A stretch of 60,273 bases of DNA, filler included, from Nitrospinae bacterium RIFCSPLOWO2_12_FULL_45_22 (GCA_001803565.1; 9 parts of 9 records of this genome joined end to end with filler, not necessarily neighbours in it), one strand, 5' to 3'; positions 1 to 10,689 are shown, numbered from the whole stretch's first letter. The notes: generated by a model not told the origin, from the sequence alone. A program made the numbers and translations.

Positions 1-167
1 ATAAGGTATTGGTCATAGACAATTATATTACCATTGTAGGCAGTACGAACTGGACATACAGCGCACTGAAAAAGAATCACGAAGCATCTGTCCTGATAAA
101 ATCGCGCAGCGTAGCAGAGTCGTTTCTGAATAAACTCAGGCCAATCTCAAAATATCAGCCAAAATGA
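1..167 (+). CDS. Phospholipase D-family (HKD) protein, 3' part only
   Basis: Frame from nt 3 reads KVLVIDNYITIVGSTNWT...NHEASVLI...*, the K-x4-D-x6-GSxN part of an HKD motif; cut by the window edge. Confidence 0.75.
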   Translation, partial: KVLVIDNYITIVGSTNWTYSALKKNHEASVLIKSRSVAESFLNKLRPISKYQPK

Positions 168-213
168 TGAGCGTTCAGCAAGGAGAAATCTTTTGGACAC
201 GGATGAAAGCGGA

Positions 214-309
214 CTTCGTCGTGATGGTTCGACAGGCGCACCATGGACGGCGCCAGGCTCACCATGAACGGCACTGCATCCTGAGCTTGTCGAAGGATCA
301 GTCGAACGA
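214..309. repeat. Nested REP-like palindromic repeats
   Basis: CTTCGTCGTGA...TCAGTCGAACGA (intact copy at 4799-4825) is interrupted by TGGTTCGACAGG...CCTGAGCTTGTCGAAGGA. Confidence 0.65.
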
Positions 310-433
310 TTATCAAGATGGTTTAGTAAGACAGGATTCATTAGAAGTGAAGTTTATAATAAAAAAGATTACTTTTGGTGAAAGAAATTAACTCATCGAA
401 TAGGCGGTAATTTTAGGAAACCGGGTATCAAGT

Positions 434-3400
434 ATGAATAATGTACGCTCCTGTTTAATTAAAGTTGAAGATGACGCCTTACTGGTCGCTAATACCGGTA
501 CTCCTTTTGGCCGACTGAACGTAGTTTCAATATGTGCCTCTCATTTGGGCACAAAACAAAATTACAAACCCATAGACACGTTCTCGAAACGTCCAGACAC
601 AAAACTTATTGAAGAAATAAGAAACCTTAAAATTGAGACCTATAAACGGGACCCTAATTTGTTAAGGGAAGACTATTCAGGTGAAGAGGAAACCCAAAAG
701 GATTATGGAGGTCGCGTTATCTGGGAGCTATTACAGAATGCAGATGATGCTATGGCTCCCAAAGGCACCTCATCAGCCGACCTTATTGGTGTAAAGGGTT
801 TGGGGTTTAAATCGGTATTAGAGGTAACAGAAGAGCCAGAAATTTACTCAGGGAAATTCAATTTCTGTTTTTCGGCAAAAAAAACTCAGAAATTAATTAA
901 AAAAGAAATCAAAGAAATCGAAGATGTTCCTCCCCTCACTTTCCGAATACCCCACGAAGTTTCGCCAAGTTCAATTATTAAAGAACTCCAAAAAGATTAT
1001 GTGACCGTTATATGTCTCCCTTTCAGAGAAGGGAAAGAAGATATTGTCCAAGAGTGGTTAGAAAAGCTTGCTCCTGAATGTATGATCTTTTTTCAGTATA
1101 TTGAAGTTCTTAAAATAATACTTCCAAACCAAGCCCACAGAATTTATTCATGCAAGCGTGAAAAACCCGGAGAGTTGACTGATTGCGATATTTCCATTAA
1201 AGAGGAAATTGGAGACAAAACATTTCAGTATCGTTTATGGACAAATACTTGGAGTGGTGAAAGTGGTTGTAAACGTCATAGCGCGGCAATTTCAATCCCT
1301 TTGAAAGACGAGAAACCGGTTTCTTTTGATAGAACTCACCCCCTTTATGTATTCTTACCAACCTCGGAACACCTTCCCTTTCGTGCTTTAATGCATGGCT
1401 CATTTGACCTGGAGCAAAACCGTAAACACGTCCGGAATCCAGAGGAACATAAAAGTCATAAGACTAATTATGCCGATTTAATTTCTCGGATTCTTGACAA
1501 CATACCGGCCTCAACCGCACTTCGGGCATTTGTACCAGGCGTAGAACCGGAACAAGATACAGTTGCGTCCTTCCTATGGGAAACTATCAAAGAAAAGATG
1601 GCTGAAAAGGCATTTTTACCGTGCTTGGGAGGATTAAAGGTAACTCCAGGGAAAGCCCGCTTGTGGAAACATAATCTTGGCAAAGTTGTGGATTCCACGT
1701 TGGAAAAGGTTAAGGAGCTAAATCTTGCAGAGCAAGAATTGGTTTTAGACGAAAAATGTAAAAAGGCATTGGAACATTTCGGTGCAAAGAGTATAGAAAG
1801 TGAGCAATATCCATTAATTCTCCAGAATTGCCGCAACAGTAATTTGGATGATTGCCGGGAATCACTTGAAACGCTGTATGATGTTGTGGCAAGTTACACT
1901 CCTCAGCATGATGAAAAGCGAAAAGATTTATTTTTAAATAACTGCCGCAATGTCCCCTGCTGGTGGACTGAAAGCGGAAAAGCCCGTTCGATATCAAAAG
2001 AGACAAAACCGCTTATTCGAAAAAATCTGGACGAGTCTCTGCCTGAATGGCTGACGGTCGACATACTACACGAGGGAATTCTTAGTTTAATTGAGAATTA
2101 TGAGAAGGCAACGGATAAGGGAAGAAAAAAATGTTTGGAAGAGCTTTTAAAAGGGGGTTTGCTTCGAGGTGAAAAAGAAGAGCTTGTAGATTCCGTACTA
2201 ATACCATATTTGGAACAAAAAATTGCGCAACAGGAATGGTGGAAGAAATACGGCTGGGAAGCCTTGAGACTTTACCTGGCTTGGAGTAAGAATCATTCTT
2301 TTGACGATACAAAACCAATATTTTGTGATAATGATAAGCAAAACAGGCGAGCAAGGACAATTCAGTTTCCAACTGCCAAAGGATGGATGCCCGCATGGAA
2401 ATGTTATGCGGGGAAATTATGGGATGGCCCAGAGAGCTTTGACGAATTTTTCAAGAAAATTCCTGACCGCGGGATATTAAGCCCTCTTAAAGATTGGGAA
2501 GAATCGTTCAGGGGTGAGGATAGAAGTGTTATCAAAGGAAAACTTAGATATGCAGGGATATCGTGGGAACCTAAAGTGCTAAAATTTGAGGCAAAGACTG
2601 AGCAAGACGAGATTGATTTTAAGGGATATCCGAAATATCCACCAAATTGCTGGAAAGACCTCATTCCGGATAGTTATTGGGAACAGTATTGCAAATCGTT
2701 ATCCACAATAGAATATGATAAGAAAAATGTGTTTGAACGCGATGCAAAGCTAAAAAAGCAATGGGTCATAGAATATTTTCACGATGCATTACCTCCAAAG
2801 GCATTAGATCGTATTAAAATTATCAAACCGTTAGCAGAAAGAATCATGCAAGATATGCAGCGTATGACTTTTACCAGTGGAGAGCGTAAGGGAGCCAGAG
2901 GTACAAGGTTTCTCGACTCCTTTGCTTACTGGCAGTTGAGTAAAGTTGCATGGCTACCATGTAAACCCAGCCTGATTCACAGGGACAACTGGATATCTCC
3001 TTTAGATGGATATCTTTCGGGGAAAGGCCTCAGTGGTCTGTTGCCGGAAATTGATATTAAGTTGGATGATAATCAAGAAGGACGTGATATTGAAACCTTG
3101 CTAGTAAAAACTCTCAAGGTTCGTGAAACATTGCCCCGTGAAGATGAATCACAATGGAGTAACTGGCTTAATGACCTTCCTGGGCATGTTGCATCTTTTC
3201 CAGATAAAGAAAAAGCGCTTAAAAGCATAGAAAAACTATGGGAAAAAGTCCTATCCTTTAAGGATTCTTCACGGTTGATGGGTATAGATAAAATCCCATG
3301 TAAGGTCTGGCGGGATGAAAATGAAATCCTTGAGTTCAGATCAAAATCCGAAGTTTATTGGGTTGACAAGGGATATTTAAACGAACGGTCAACACGTCAT

Positions 3401-4585
3401 GCTCTTCTAAAAAATGGTTATTCACTTTTTATTCTGGAGCTACAAGAAGGAGAACGCATAAATGAGCTGTTCAAAGTCGGGCGATTGTCTGAGAAAATTG
3501 CTGTTGATCATTATTTTGAAGGGAAAAATGAAGATTTGAGTACATCCGCAAAGGAACGCTATCAGGAAAGGTATAAAGCTCTCAAGGCAATTCAAAACAA
3601 CATAAAACTTCCTAATCCCGATAGCCTTCTAATTGACGTAGTAAAAAACTTAAAAATAAGAATTAGCAGAAAGGATGGGCAAGAAATCGCAAATGACATT
3701 TCCCGTCCTTTCTGGATTAAAGAAGACAAAACGTTTGTGATTGATGAAAAGAATATGTGGGAAGGGTTTGGCCTGGCGTTGACTGATAGTAGTTCTTCTC
3801 CCGGCATTTCCAGTCTTTTTGAAAATATTATGAGAGAAGAAAACTGGGCGGGGGTATTGAGACGTCTTCGGGAAGCAAGCGTCCCTGAAAACAGTGTTCA
3901 CGAATTGGAGCAATCTATCACTCCTAGTAGTTCTAAACCGAGCGATGGGATAGGGACGGGTGCATTGGATGGTACATCTGCTGTCATACCACCATTAACA
4001 ATCCATCCGCCTGAAACCGGAGGAACTAGGCAAACACGTGCAAGCACGCAGGTTCGAAAGGTAAAAGGTCAGGTCGCTGAAGACTGGTTTCGCAATGAAT
4101 TGAAAGAGCTCCTTGGATCGCATGGCTGGCATATCAGCGAAGGCCCCAAAAAGGACGAAGATAATTTGGAAAGTGATATCGTATTAACACACGACCAAAA
4201 AGAAACATACCACATTGAAGTAAAACATGCAGAGGCTAATGCATTATATTGGTCCATTAAAGAAGTTGAAAAGGCTCGTAAAAACCCAAAACACTATTGG
4301 ATGGTTATTATTCGTCCAACTGAAGAAGGTCAAGCAGAGTACCGCTGCATTCTGATAGAAGACCCTCTTGAAACGTTAGAACATAACGAGCGAAGCGGCA
4401 CGTGGCTTTGGCAAGCAAGAGATGACAAGGTGCCAATAAATGAAGGATGGGATACACCTGAGCCAAAGCCAAAGAAAGAGGCGAATAATTTTTCTTTTCA
4501 AATTAGTATCAATGATAGTTATTTTAATGGGGATAAATTCCCAGATGCATTCGATTTTATAAAGGACAAACTAATTGAAACTTAA
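434..4585 (+). CDS. Sacsin/NO VEIN-like protein: N-terminal GHKL ATPase, C-terminal DUF3883-like PD-(D/E)xK nuclease
   Basis: ELLQNADDA, ANTGTPF and IGVKGLGFKSV GHKL boxes; C-terminal GQVAE...SDIVL...HIEVK. Confidence 0.85.
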   Translation: MNNVRSCLIKVEDDALLVANTGTPFGRLNVVSICASHLGTKQNYKPIDTFSKRPDTKLIEEIRNLKIETYKRDPNLLREDYSGEEETQKDYGGRVIWELLQNADDAMAPKGTSSADLIGVKGLGFKSVLEVTEEPEIYSGKFNFCFSAKKTQKLIKKEIKEIEDVPPLTFRIPHEVSPSSIIKELQKDYVTVICLPFREGKEDIVQEWLEKLAPECMIFFQYIEVLKIILPNQAHRIYSCKREKPGELTDCDISIKEEIGDKTFQYRLWTNTWSGESGCKRHSAAISIPLKDEKPVSFDRTHPLYVFLPTSEHLPFRALMHGSFDLEQNRKHVRNPEEHKSHKTNYADLISRILDNIPASTALRAFVPGVEPEQDTVASFLWETIKEKMAEKAFLPCLGGLKVTPGKARLWKHNLGKVVDSTLEKVKELNLAEQELVLDEKCKKALEHFGAKSIESEQYPLILQNCRNSNLDDCRESLETLYDVVASYTPQHDEKRKDLFLNNCRNVPCWWTESGKARSISKETKPLIRKNLDESLPEWLTVDILHEGILSLIENYEKATDKGRKKCLEELLKGGLLRGEKEELVDSVLIPYLEQKIAQQEWWKKYGWEALRLYLAWSKNHSFDDTKPIFCDNDKQNRRARTIQFPTAKGWMPAWKCYAGKLWDGPESFDEFFKKIPDRGILSPLKDWEESFRGEDRSVIKGKLRYAGISWEPKVLKFEAKTEQDEIDFKGYPKYPPNCWKDLIPDSYWEQYCKSLSTIEYDKKNVFERDAKLKKQWVIEYFHDALPPKALDRIKIIKPLAERIMQDMQRMTFTSGERKGARGTRFLDSFAYWQLSKVAWLPCKPSLIHRDNWISPLDGYLSGKGLSGLLPEIDIKLDDNQEGRDIETLLVKTLKVRETLPREDESQWSNWLNDLPGHVASFPDKEKALKSIEKLWEKVLSFKDSSRLMGIDKIPCKVWRDENEILEFRSKSEVYWVDKGYLNERSTRHALLKNGYSLFILELQEGERINELFKVGRLSEKIAVDHYFEGKNEDLSTSAKERYQERYKALKAIQNNIKLPNPDSLLIDVVKNLKIRISRKDGQEIANDISRPFWIKEDKTFVIDEKNMWEGFGLALTDSSSSPGISSLFENIMREENWAGVLRRLREASVPENSVHELEQSITPSSSKPSDGIGTGALDGTSAVIPPLTIHPPETGGTRQTRASTQVRKVKGQVAEDWFRNELKELLGSHGWHISEGPKKDEDNLESDIVLTHDQKETYHIEVKHAEANALYWSIKEVEKARKNPKHYWMVIIRPTEEGQAEYRCILIEDPLETLEHNERSGTWLWQARDDKVPINEGWDTPEPKPKKEANNFSFQISINDSYFNGDKFPDAFDFIKDKLIET

Positions 4586-4798
4586 CACTCAGATGAGTAG
4601 AAGCATAGGGTCACCTTCGTAATTCATAAAAATGCTTATAACCAAAAGACGAAAGTGAATTTTGTGGTAACAGTTCAGCCCACAGCAGAACGCTGAGATC
4701 GCAAAGGCAGAAAGATGATAAAGCCGAGAAGAAAATAAAATGTTAAAAATGAGTTTCAGACGTTCATCAGATAAAATCTAGCAAGGCGGAACCACAGA

Positions 4799-4825
4799 CT
4801 TCGTCGTGAGCGCTCAGTCGAACGA
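4799..4825. repeat. 27-nt imperfect palindrome CTTCGTCGTGAGCGCTCAGTCGAACGA
   Basis: Same ends as the element at 214-309; sits inside an ACCACAGA^TTTCTCAGATTACACAGA repeat. Confidence 0.65.
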
Positions 4826-4909
4826 TTTCTCAGATTACACAGAAAAAAAGATACGAATTAACCTTTGGCATTATAAGATATATTTCATTATTCAAACAGG
4901 AGGTATAGA

Positions 4910-5185
4910 ATGCAAGGAACGAGGTCTATTCTAAGTGAGTATGTGGAACAAGCTATGGCACAAGCCCTCTACGATAAGCTTGAAGATAGTACATTTTCAG
5001 GCCGTATTCCGGTTTGTAAAGGGGTTGTGGCGTTTGGCGCTACATTGCGCCAGTGTGAGGATGAATTACGTTCAACGCTTGAAGATTGGATTTTGGTTGG
5101 GTTGAAATTTGGCCATACTTTACCAGTGATTAGAGGTATCGATCTGAATAAGGAGCCAACCCGTGAGCCGATGGACGCCGTGTAA
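4910..5185 (+). CDS. hicB: HicB-family antitoxin
   Basis: GRIPVCKGVVAFGATLRQCEDELRSTLEDWI...HTLP; GGAGG RBS. Confidence 0.85.
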   Translation: MQGTRSILSEYVEQAMAQALYDKLEDSTFSGRIPVCKGVVAFGATLRQCEDELRSTLEDWILVGLKFGHTLPVIRGIDLNKEPTREPMDAV

Positions 5186-5305
5186 ACGGAGAGATTTTAT
5201 TCGCCGTTATAAAAATAACAAATATATTCCCATGAATGGACTTTCAGGCATGCCTATTGTTGAAAGTTATACCAAAAAGTTTAATAGGGTATTCAAAACG
5301 AGAAA
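5163..5305 (+). pseudogene. Truncated HicA-like toxin remnant
   Basis: Start MSRWTPCKRRDFIRR overlaps the hicB end and resembles HicA N-termini, then the sequence loses similarity. Confidence 0.5.
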
Positions 5306-5405
5306 NNNNNNNNNNNNNNNNNNNNNNNNNNNNNNNNNNNNNNNNNNNNTTAATTAATTAANNNNNNNNNNNNNNNNNNNNNNNNNNNNNNNNNNNNNNN
5401 NNNNN
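5306..5405. other. Artificial contig linker with six-frame stop; also at 10690-10789, 15812-15911, 31084-31183, 36581-36680, 42303-42402, 47410-47509, 54079-54178
   Basis: Identical 100-bp N-TTAATTAATTAA-N blocks that truncate ORFs at many of the joins. Confidence 0.97.
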
Positions 5406-5784
5406 ATGATTGGGAAATGGAAAAATAGCGAAACGGCTCATAAGCTGTAATGGGGGATTAAAGGCGCCACAAAGAAACCTATCTGGTAGTAAAGGGACAC
5501 TGGATGGAGGGTCAAAATAACCAGTATAGCAATAAGCAGGAATCCGATTTTCGCCAATTCCGGCAATCATAAACCCAATAGTACATAGAGACTACATCGC
5601 CTCTTCAAATGTTCAAATAGCGGAATTCCGGGAACTTGGGCGATGGAGATTATTATATTCCTGATTATCGTTTTTCAGTGGAAATTCCGGGGTAAAAAAT
5701 GGAAGCTGCTCTTGACAGTAAGCCTCCATATAGGTTAACTTATTTCTCTATATTTTAAAAGAGTTAAAAGAGGAGGAATTACAA

Positions 5785-6111
5785 ATGCCGAAACCGAAGC
5801 GCCACATCGTTATCTGTACCAACACCCGTGCCCCCGGGCATCCAAAAGGTTCATGCGGAGAAAAAGGTGCACAGAATGTTGTAATGAAATTTGCTGAAGA
5901 GCTGGAGAAAAGGGGTTTATTCGGCAGCGTTGTTCTTAGCGGATCGACCTGTGTCGGTGTGTGCAGTGCAGGTCCGATAGTAATTGTTTATCCTGATGCT
6001 GTATGGTATCAGGGGGTGAAGCCTGAAAATGTTAATGAAATTTTAGAACAACATATCCTGAATGGAAAACCGGTAGAAAGGTTGGTAGTTCCGGATAGTG
6101 CATGGGGATAA
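5785..6111 (+). CDS. Thioredoxin-like [2Fe-2S] ferredoxin
   Basis: VICTN...GSC...TCVGVCSAGPIVIVYPDAVWY; GGAGG RBS. Confidence 0.92.
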   Translation: MPKPKRHIVICTNTRAPGHPKGSCGEKGAQNVVMKFAEELEKRGLFGSVVLSGSTCVGVCSAGPIVIVYPDAVWYQGVKPENVNEILEQHILNGKPVERLVVPDSAWG

Positions 6112-6869
6112 TGAAAGTCCTGTTTCTCGGCTCCGGTACTTCAACAGGTGTACCTGTAATAGGTTGTAAATGTGCAGTTTGCAGTTCAGATGAACCCAGG
6201 AATAAGAGGACACGGTCATCAATACTTATAACTACTGGTGATAAATATATACTGGTTGACACTACGACGGATTTAAGATTCCAGGCTTTGGCAAACAGTA
6301 TAGAAAGGGTAGATGCGGTCCTTTTTACACATGCTCATGCAGACCACATACATGGTATAGACGACCTTCGCAGCTTTAATCACATCCAGGGTAAGCCTAT
6401 CCCATGTTACGGCAGTTATGATACCATGGAGAGTATACGGCATAAATTCAGTTATATATTTAATGGTTCAGCCAGGAGTGATTGGATACCGAGGCTTGAG
6501 ATTAATATAATCAGCAGTGAATTTATTCTGTACGGACTTACGATAATGCCGTTAAAGATTTTTCATGGTGAAATAACCATATTCGGGTACAGGATAAATG
6601 ATGTCGCCTACCTTACAGACTGCAGTGGAATACCTGATGACACAAAAGAATCACTGCAGGGTACTAAACTCCTTATTCTTGATGCAACACGTTATCAGCC
6701 TCACCCCAAACACTATGGTCTTGCACAGGCCATTGTAGTAATAGAGGAGCTAAAGCCGGAGAGGGCGATCCTGACACACCTTTCCCATACATTTGAGCAT
6801 AATAAAGTGAATAGTGAGCTTCCGTCAGGCATTGAACTGGCGTATGATGGGATGGAAGTTAGTTACTAA
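6111..6869 (+). CDS. Metallo-beta-lactamase-fold hydrolase (PhnP/YycJ-like)
   Basis: LGSGTSTGVP, CxCxxC, THAHADHIHG; start placed at ATG 6111, coupled to the ferredoxin stop. Confidence 0.9.
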   Translation: MKVLFLGSGTSTGVPVIGCKCAVCSSDEPRNKRTRSSILITTGDKYILVDTTTDLRFQALANSIERVDAVLFTHAHADHIHGIDDLRSFNHIQGKPIPCYGSYDTMESIRHKFSYIFNGSARSDWIPRLEINIISSEFILYGLTIMPLKIFHGEITIFGYRINDVAYLTDCSGIPDDTKESLQGTKLLILDATRYQPHPKHYGLAQAIVVIEELKPERAILTHLSHTFEHNKVNSELPSGIELAYDGMEVSY

Positions 6870-6891
6870 TAAAAAATCTCCCCTGACTTAT

Positions 6892-8157
6892 ATGACAGAA
6901 ATACCTTCAGAATTCGATTCCCCGACATACAGGGATGTCCTGTCCCAATTTGAGGCAGCAGCAGAGTGGTTTTGCCTTGACCCTAATATCCGGAAGAGAC
7001 TCAGGCTTCCACAGCGGGCGCTCTGTGTCACTATGCCCATAAGGATGGACAATGGAGATGTCCACGTATTCCAGGGCTTCAGGGTGCAGCACGATACCTC
7101 ACTTGGCCCTACCAAGGGAGGTATCCGCTATCATCCTGATGTAAATCTGGGTGAAGTGGCGGCGCTTGCAATGAACATGACATGGAAATGTTCGTTAGCC
7201 GGCTTACCTTACGGTGGCGCAAAGGGGGGCATACGGTGTAACCCTAAGAATATGTCACGCAGGGAACTGCAACGCCTCACAAGACGCTATACTGCCGAGA
7301 TATTCCCCCTTATCGGTCCTGATCATGATATACCGGCCCCTGATGTGGGGACGGATGAGCATGTCATGGCATGGATAATGGACACATACAGCCAGCAAAG
7401 GGGATATGCAGTACCGGGTGTTGTTACAGGAAAACCTATCTGCATAGGCGGCTCTCTCGGGAGAGAGGAGGCAACGGGCAGGGGGGTCGTATATGTTGCT
7501 CTTGAGGCCATGAAGCATTTGGGAATAAAGATTGATGGGACTACGGCTGTTGTTCAGGGATTCGGTAACGTGGGTTCCATAGCTGCACGCTTTCTGAGTG
7601 AAGCAGGTATAAAGGTGATCGGTGTGAGTGATTCCACATGTGGTATTTATAACAGCAATGGTTTGAATATACCGGATGTGATCGCCTATAAGAAGGCTAA
7701 ACACACCCTTGATGGTTTTCCTGATGGTGAGATTATTACAAACGAAGAATTGCTTGAGTTGGAATGTACCGTTGTTATCCCCGCTGCGCTCTCAGGACAG
7801 ATTAAGGAAGATAATGCCCATAGATTGAAATGCCGCATGGTCGTTGAAGGGGCGAATAACCCTACTACGAAAGAAGGAGACGGGATATTAAAAGACAGAG
7901 GAATATTTGTCATCCCTGATATACTTGCAAATTCGGGAGGAGTTATCGTCTCTTATTTTGAGTGGGTTCAGGATTTACAGAAATATTTCTGGAAAGAGAA
8001 GGAGATAAATGAAAAGCTCCATGATATTATAATTACTGCATTTAACAGGGTTCTGAGATTCTCACTCTCCGAGAATATAGATATGAGGATGGCGTCCATG
8101 GCAATTGCCATCAGGAGACTCGCAGATGCACATTTGGCAAGAGGGCTGTATCCTTAG
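6892..8157 (+). CDS. gdhA: Glu/Leu/Phe/Val dehydrogenase, most likely glutamate dehydrogenase
   Basis: GPTKGGIRYHP, PYGGAKGG, DIPAPD, QGFGNVG, ANSGGVIVSYFEW. Confidence 0.92.
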   Translation: MTEIPSEFDSPTYRDVLSQFEAAAEWFCLDPNIRKRLRLPQRALCVTMPIRMDNGDVHVFQGFRVQHDTSLGPTKGGIRYHPDVNLGEVAALAMNMTWKCSLAGLPYGGAKGGIRCNPKNMSRRELQRLTRRYTAEIFPLIGPDHDIPAPDVGTDEHVMAWIMDTYSQQRGYAVPGVVTGKPICIGGSLGREEATGRGVVYVALEAMKHLGIKIDGTTAVVQGFGNVGSIAARFLSEAGIKVIGVSDSTCGIYNSNGLNIPDVIAYKKAKHTLDGFPDGEIITNEELLELECTVVIPAALSGQIKEDNAHRLKCRMVVEGANNPTTKEGDGILKDRGIFVIPDILANSGGVIVSYFEWVQDLQKYFWKEKEINEKLHDIIITAFNRVLRFSLSENIDMRMASMAIAIRRLADAHLARGLYP

Positions 8158-8159
8158 TT

Positions 8160-8600
8160 ATGGAAATTTTTGTAGATGCTGATGCATGTCCGGTAAGGGA
8201 TATAATCTACGGAGAGGCACATAAACGGGGGATTCACATTATCATGGTTGTGAGCATGGCACACAATATTTATGAGATGGCCGGCATGGATGTATTACGC
8301 GTGGATTCATCCTTCCAGGCAGTTGATATTGCAATAGTAAACAGGGCTTCCCCGCAAGACATAGTAGTCACATCTGATTTTGGTTTGGCATCCCTGGTTC
8401 TTGGTAATGGCGTAAGGGCACTGTCTCCCTCCGGCAGGATATATTCAGAGCAGAATATTGATTCACTTCTCGAAAAAAGACATGCTTCCGCACGACAACG
8501 GAGAGGCGGGGGACGTGTGAAAGGGCCGAAAGCGAGACGCAGAGAGGATGATGATAATTTCAGGAAAAATTTACTAAAATTGATGGAAGAGAAGATATGA
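8160..8600 (+). CDS. YaiI/YqxD (DUF188) family protein
   Basis: IFVDADACPV, DIVVTSDFGLA. Confidence 0.9.
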   Translation: MEIFVDADACPVRDIIYGEAHKRGIHIIMVVSMAHNIYEMAGMDVLRVDSSFQAVDIAIVNRASPQDIVVTSDFGLASLVLGNGVRALSPSGRIYSEQNIDSLLEKRHASARQRRGGGRVKGPKARRREDDDNFRKNLLKLMEEKI

Positions 8601-9919
8601 TAAACAATTCGTATCCTCCCGGCCCTAATGCTGTTGAATGGGTCAGTCGCGATAAGTCAGTCATCTCCCAGTCATACACCCGTGCGTATCCGTTAGTAGT
8701 AGAAAAGGGCGAGGGCGTCTATATAGAAGATGTAGACGGGAACAGATACCTCGATTTTACATCAGGTATAGCCACCACATCCACAGGCCATTGCCATCCT
8801 GCAGTCGTTGAGAAGATAATCAGCCAGTCAAAAAAGCTGATCCATATGTCCGGAACAGACTTCTATTACACATCCGAAATTAAATTGGCAGAAAAACTCG
8901 TGACGATTACTCCAGGCAAGCAACCCAAGAAGGTCTTTTTTACAAACTCCGGGACAGAATCCAACGAGGCTGCCATGAAGCTTGCCCGTTATCATACTAA
9001 AAGGCCCCTCTTTATTTCATTCATCGGCGGTTTCTATGGCAGGACTATGGGATCACTTTCCCTGTCAGCAAGCAAGGAGGTCCATAGACGCGGCTTTGCA
9101 CCATTTGTGCCTGGTGTTTCGCATGTGCCGTATGCATACTGTTACAGATGTGCCTATGGTCTCAAGGCCGATGATTGTGATTTCTACTGCGTCAGGTGGA
9201 TTAAAGAAGAGTTATTCAGGACAAAGGTTCCTCCGGAAGAGGTTGCGGCAATTTTTATTGAGCCCATACAGGGTGAGGGTGGGTACGTCTTTCCACCGGA
9301 TGGTTATTTAAAGAAGATGGAGGAGCTGGCAAGGGAGTTTAATATACTCCTTGTTGCAGATGAAATCCAGACAGGGATGGGAAGGACAGGGAGGATGTTT
9401 GCCTGTGAGTATGACGGCGTCATTCCCGATATTATCACAATAGCAAAGGGGATAGCCTCTGGTTTGCCGCTCGGTGCTATGGTGGCATCATCCTCTGTGA
9501 TGACATGGGTTCCCGGCTCGCATGCCAACACATTCGGAGGAAACCCTGTTGCCTGTGAGGCAGCGCTGACAACTATAGAGCTTCTTGAGAATAGTCTTAT
9601 TGAGAACGCAGCAATAGTCGGCGCACACATCCTGTCAAAGCTGAAAGATATGCAAAACCGTCATCCTGTAATCGGAGATATCAGGGGCAAGGGGCTTATG
9701 ATAGGTATAGAATTTGTTCGGGAGCGGGAAACAAAAGAGAGGGCTGTAAAGGAGAGGGAAAAGATAATTGCCGCATGTTTCCGGAAGGGGCTCCTCATCC
9801 TCGGCTGCGGCCAGAGCACGATAAGACTCATGCCGCCATTAATTTTAACTACTGAGGATGCAAACGCAGCGCTGGCTATTTTAGAAGACGCTATAGATGA
9901 GGTTGAGAGAGGCATCTGA
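8597..9919 (+). CDS. Class III PLP aminotransferase (4-aminobutyrate/acetylornithine type)
   Basis: NSGTESNEAA, EPIQGEGG, DEIQTGMGRTG, AKGIASG, TFGGNP. Confidence 0.92.
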   Translation: MINNSYPPGPNAVEWVSRDKSVISQSYTRAYPLVVEKGEGVYIEDVDGNRYLDFTSGIATTSTGHCHPAVVEKIISQSKKLIHMSGTDFYYTSEIKLAEKLVTITPGKQPKKVFFTNSGTESNEAAMKLARYHTKRPLFISFIGGFYGRTMGSLSLSASKEVHRRGFAPFVPGVSHVPYAYCYRCAYGLKADDCDFYCVRWIKEELFRTKVPPEEVAAIFIEPIQGEGGYVFPPDGYLKKMEELAREFNILLVADEIQTGMGRTGRMFACEYDGVIPDIITIAKGIASGLPLGAMVASSSVMTWVPGSHANTFGGNPVACEAALTTIELLENSLIENAAIVGAHILSKLKDMQNRHPVIGDIRGKGLMIGIEFVRERETKERAVKEREKIIAACFRKGLLILGCGQSTIRLMPPLILTTEDANAALAILEDAIDEVERGI

Positions 9920-10026
9920 ACACTGCACTATAGGGGGCACTATAGTGCACTATAGGATAGTTATTTAGTTGACTTTACCTGTCGGGAGGGGTAACTTAAA
10001 GGATATAAAGTGATGACAGATAATTT

Positions 10027-10356
10027 ATGATAGTAGAAATATCTATTGCGATAATTGCAGCATGTTCTGTACTTCTATTAATACGGTTATACATGCTTAG
10101 TATTCGGTTTGAGAATACACTCAGACGTTTTGAGGAATTTATGGCACGTGTAGAAACTGACATAAGGCCTATACTCTATGAAACGAAGAATATCATGAGT
10201 GATATACGAAGTATTGCGGAAGTTGCAAAATCAGGGTCAAAAAAAATCGACTATATAATTGAACAGTTGGCTGTACCGTTTCAAACATTTGGCATGATTA
10301 TCAAGGCTATAAGAGTTGGTATCAATACATTATTAAAAAGAGGAGGTGAACGCTAA
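10027..10356 (+). CDS. DUF948-like membrane-anchored protein
   Basis: N-terminal TM helix plus coiled coil, directly before a YtxH gene (usual pairing). Confidence 0.65.
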   Translation: MIVEISIAIIAACSVLLLIRLYMLSIRFENTLRRFEEFMARVETDIRPILYETKNIMSDIRSIAEVAKSGSKKIDYIIEQLAVPFQTFGMIIKAIRVGINTLLKRGGER

Positions 10357-10689
10357 TGGCATGTGAACATGGAAGAGGTGAAAACTTAATATTTTTATTG
10401 GTGGGAGGTCTTATTGGCGCTGGAATTGCCCTTCTGTATGCACCCAAGTCAGGTCGGGAGACAAGGGAAGATATACGTAAATTGNNNNNNNNNNNNNNNN
10501 NNNNNNNNNNNNNNNNNNNNNNNNNNNNNNNNNNNNNNNNNNNNNNNNNNNNNNNNNAGATAGGCAACAAGACTGAAGAACTAATACGCGGTGGTGTGCA
10601 CCTTGCCGATGATAAGAAGCATGAGATACTTGCAGCTATTCAGGCTGCCAAGAAAGCATACGATGAAGAGAGACGCAAACTTGAAGAGG
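10356..10689 (+). CDS. YtxH-domain protein (gapped, 3' incomplete)
   Basis: FLLVGGLIGAGIALLYAPKSGRETREDI. Confidence 0.85.

Noticed and set aside
1197-4257. Short antisense ORFs inside long genes, here and across the window
   Set aside because: Shadow ORFs with no RBS or motif support
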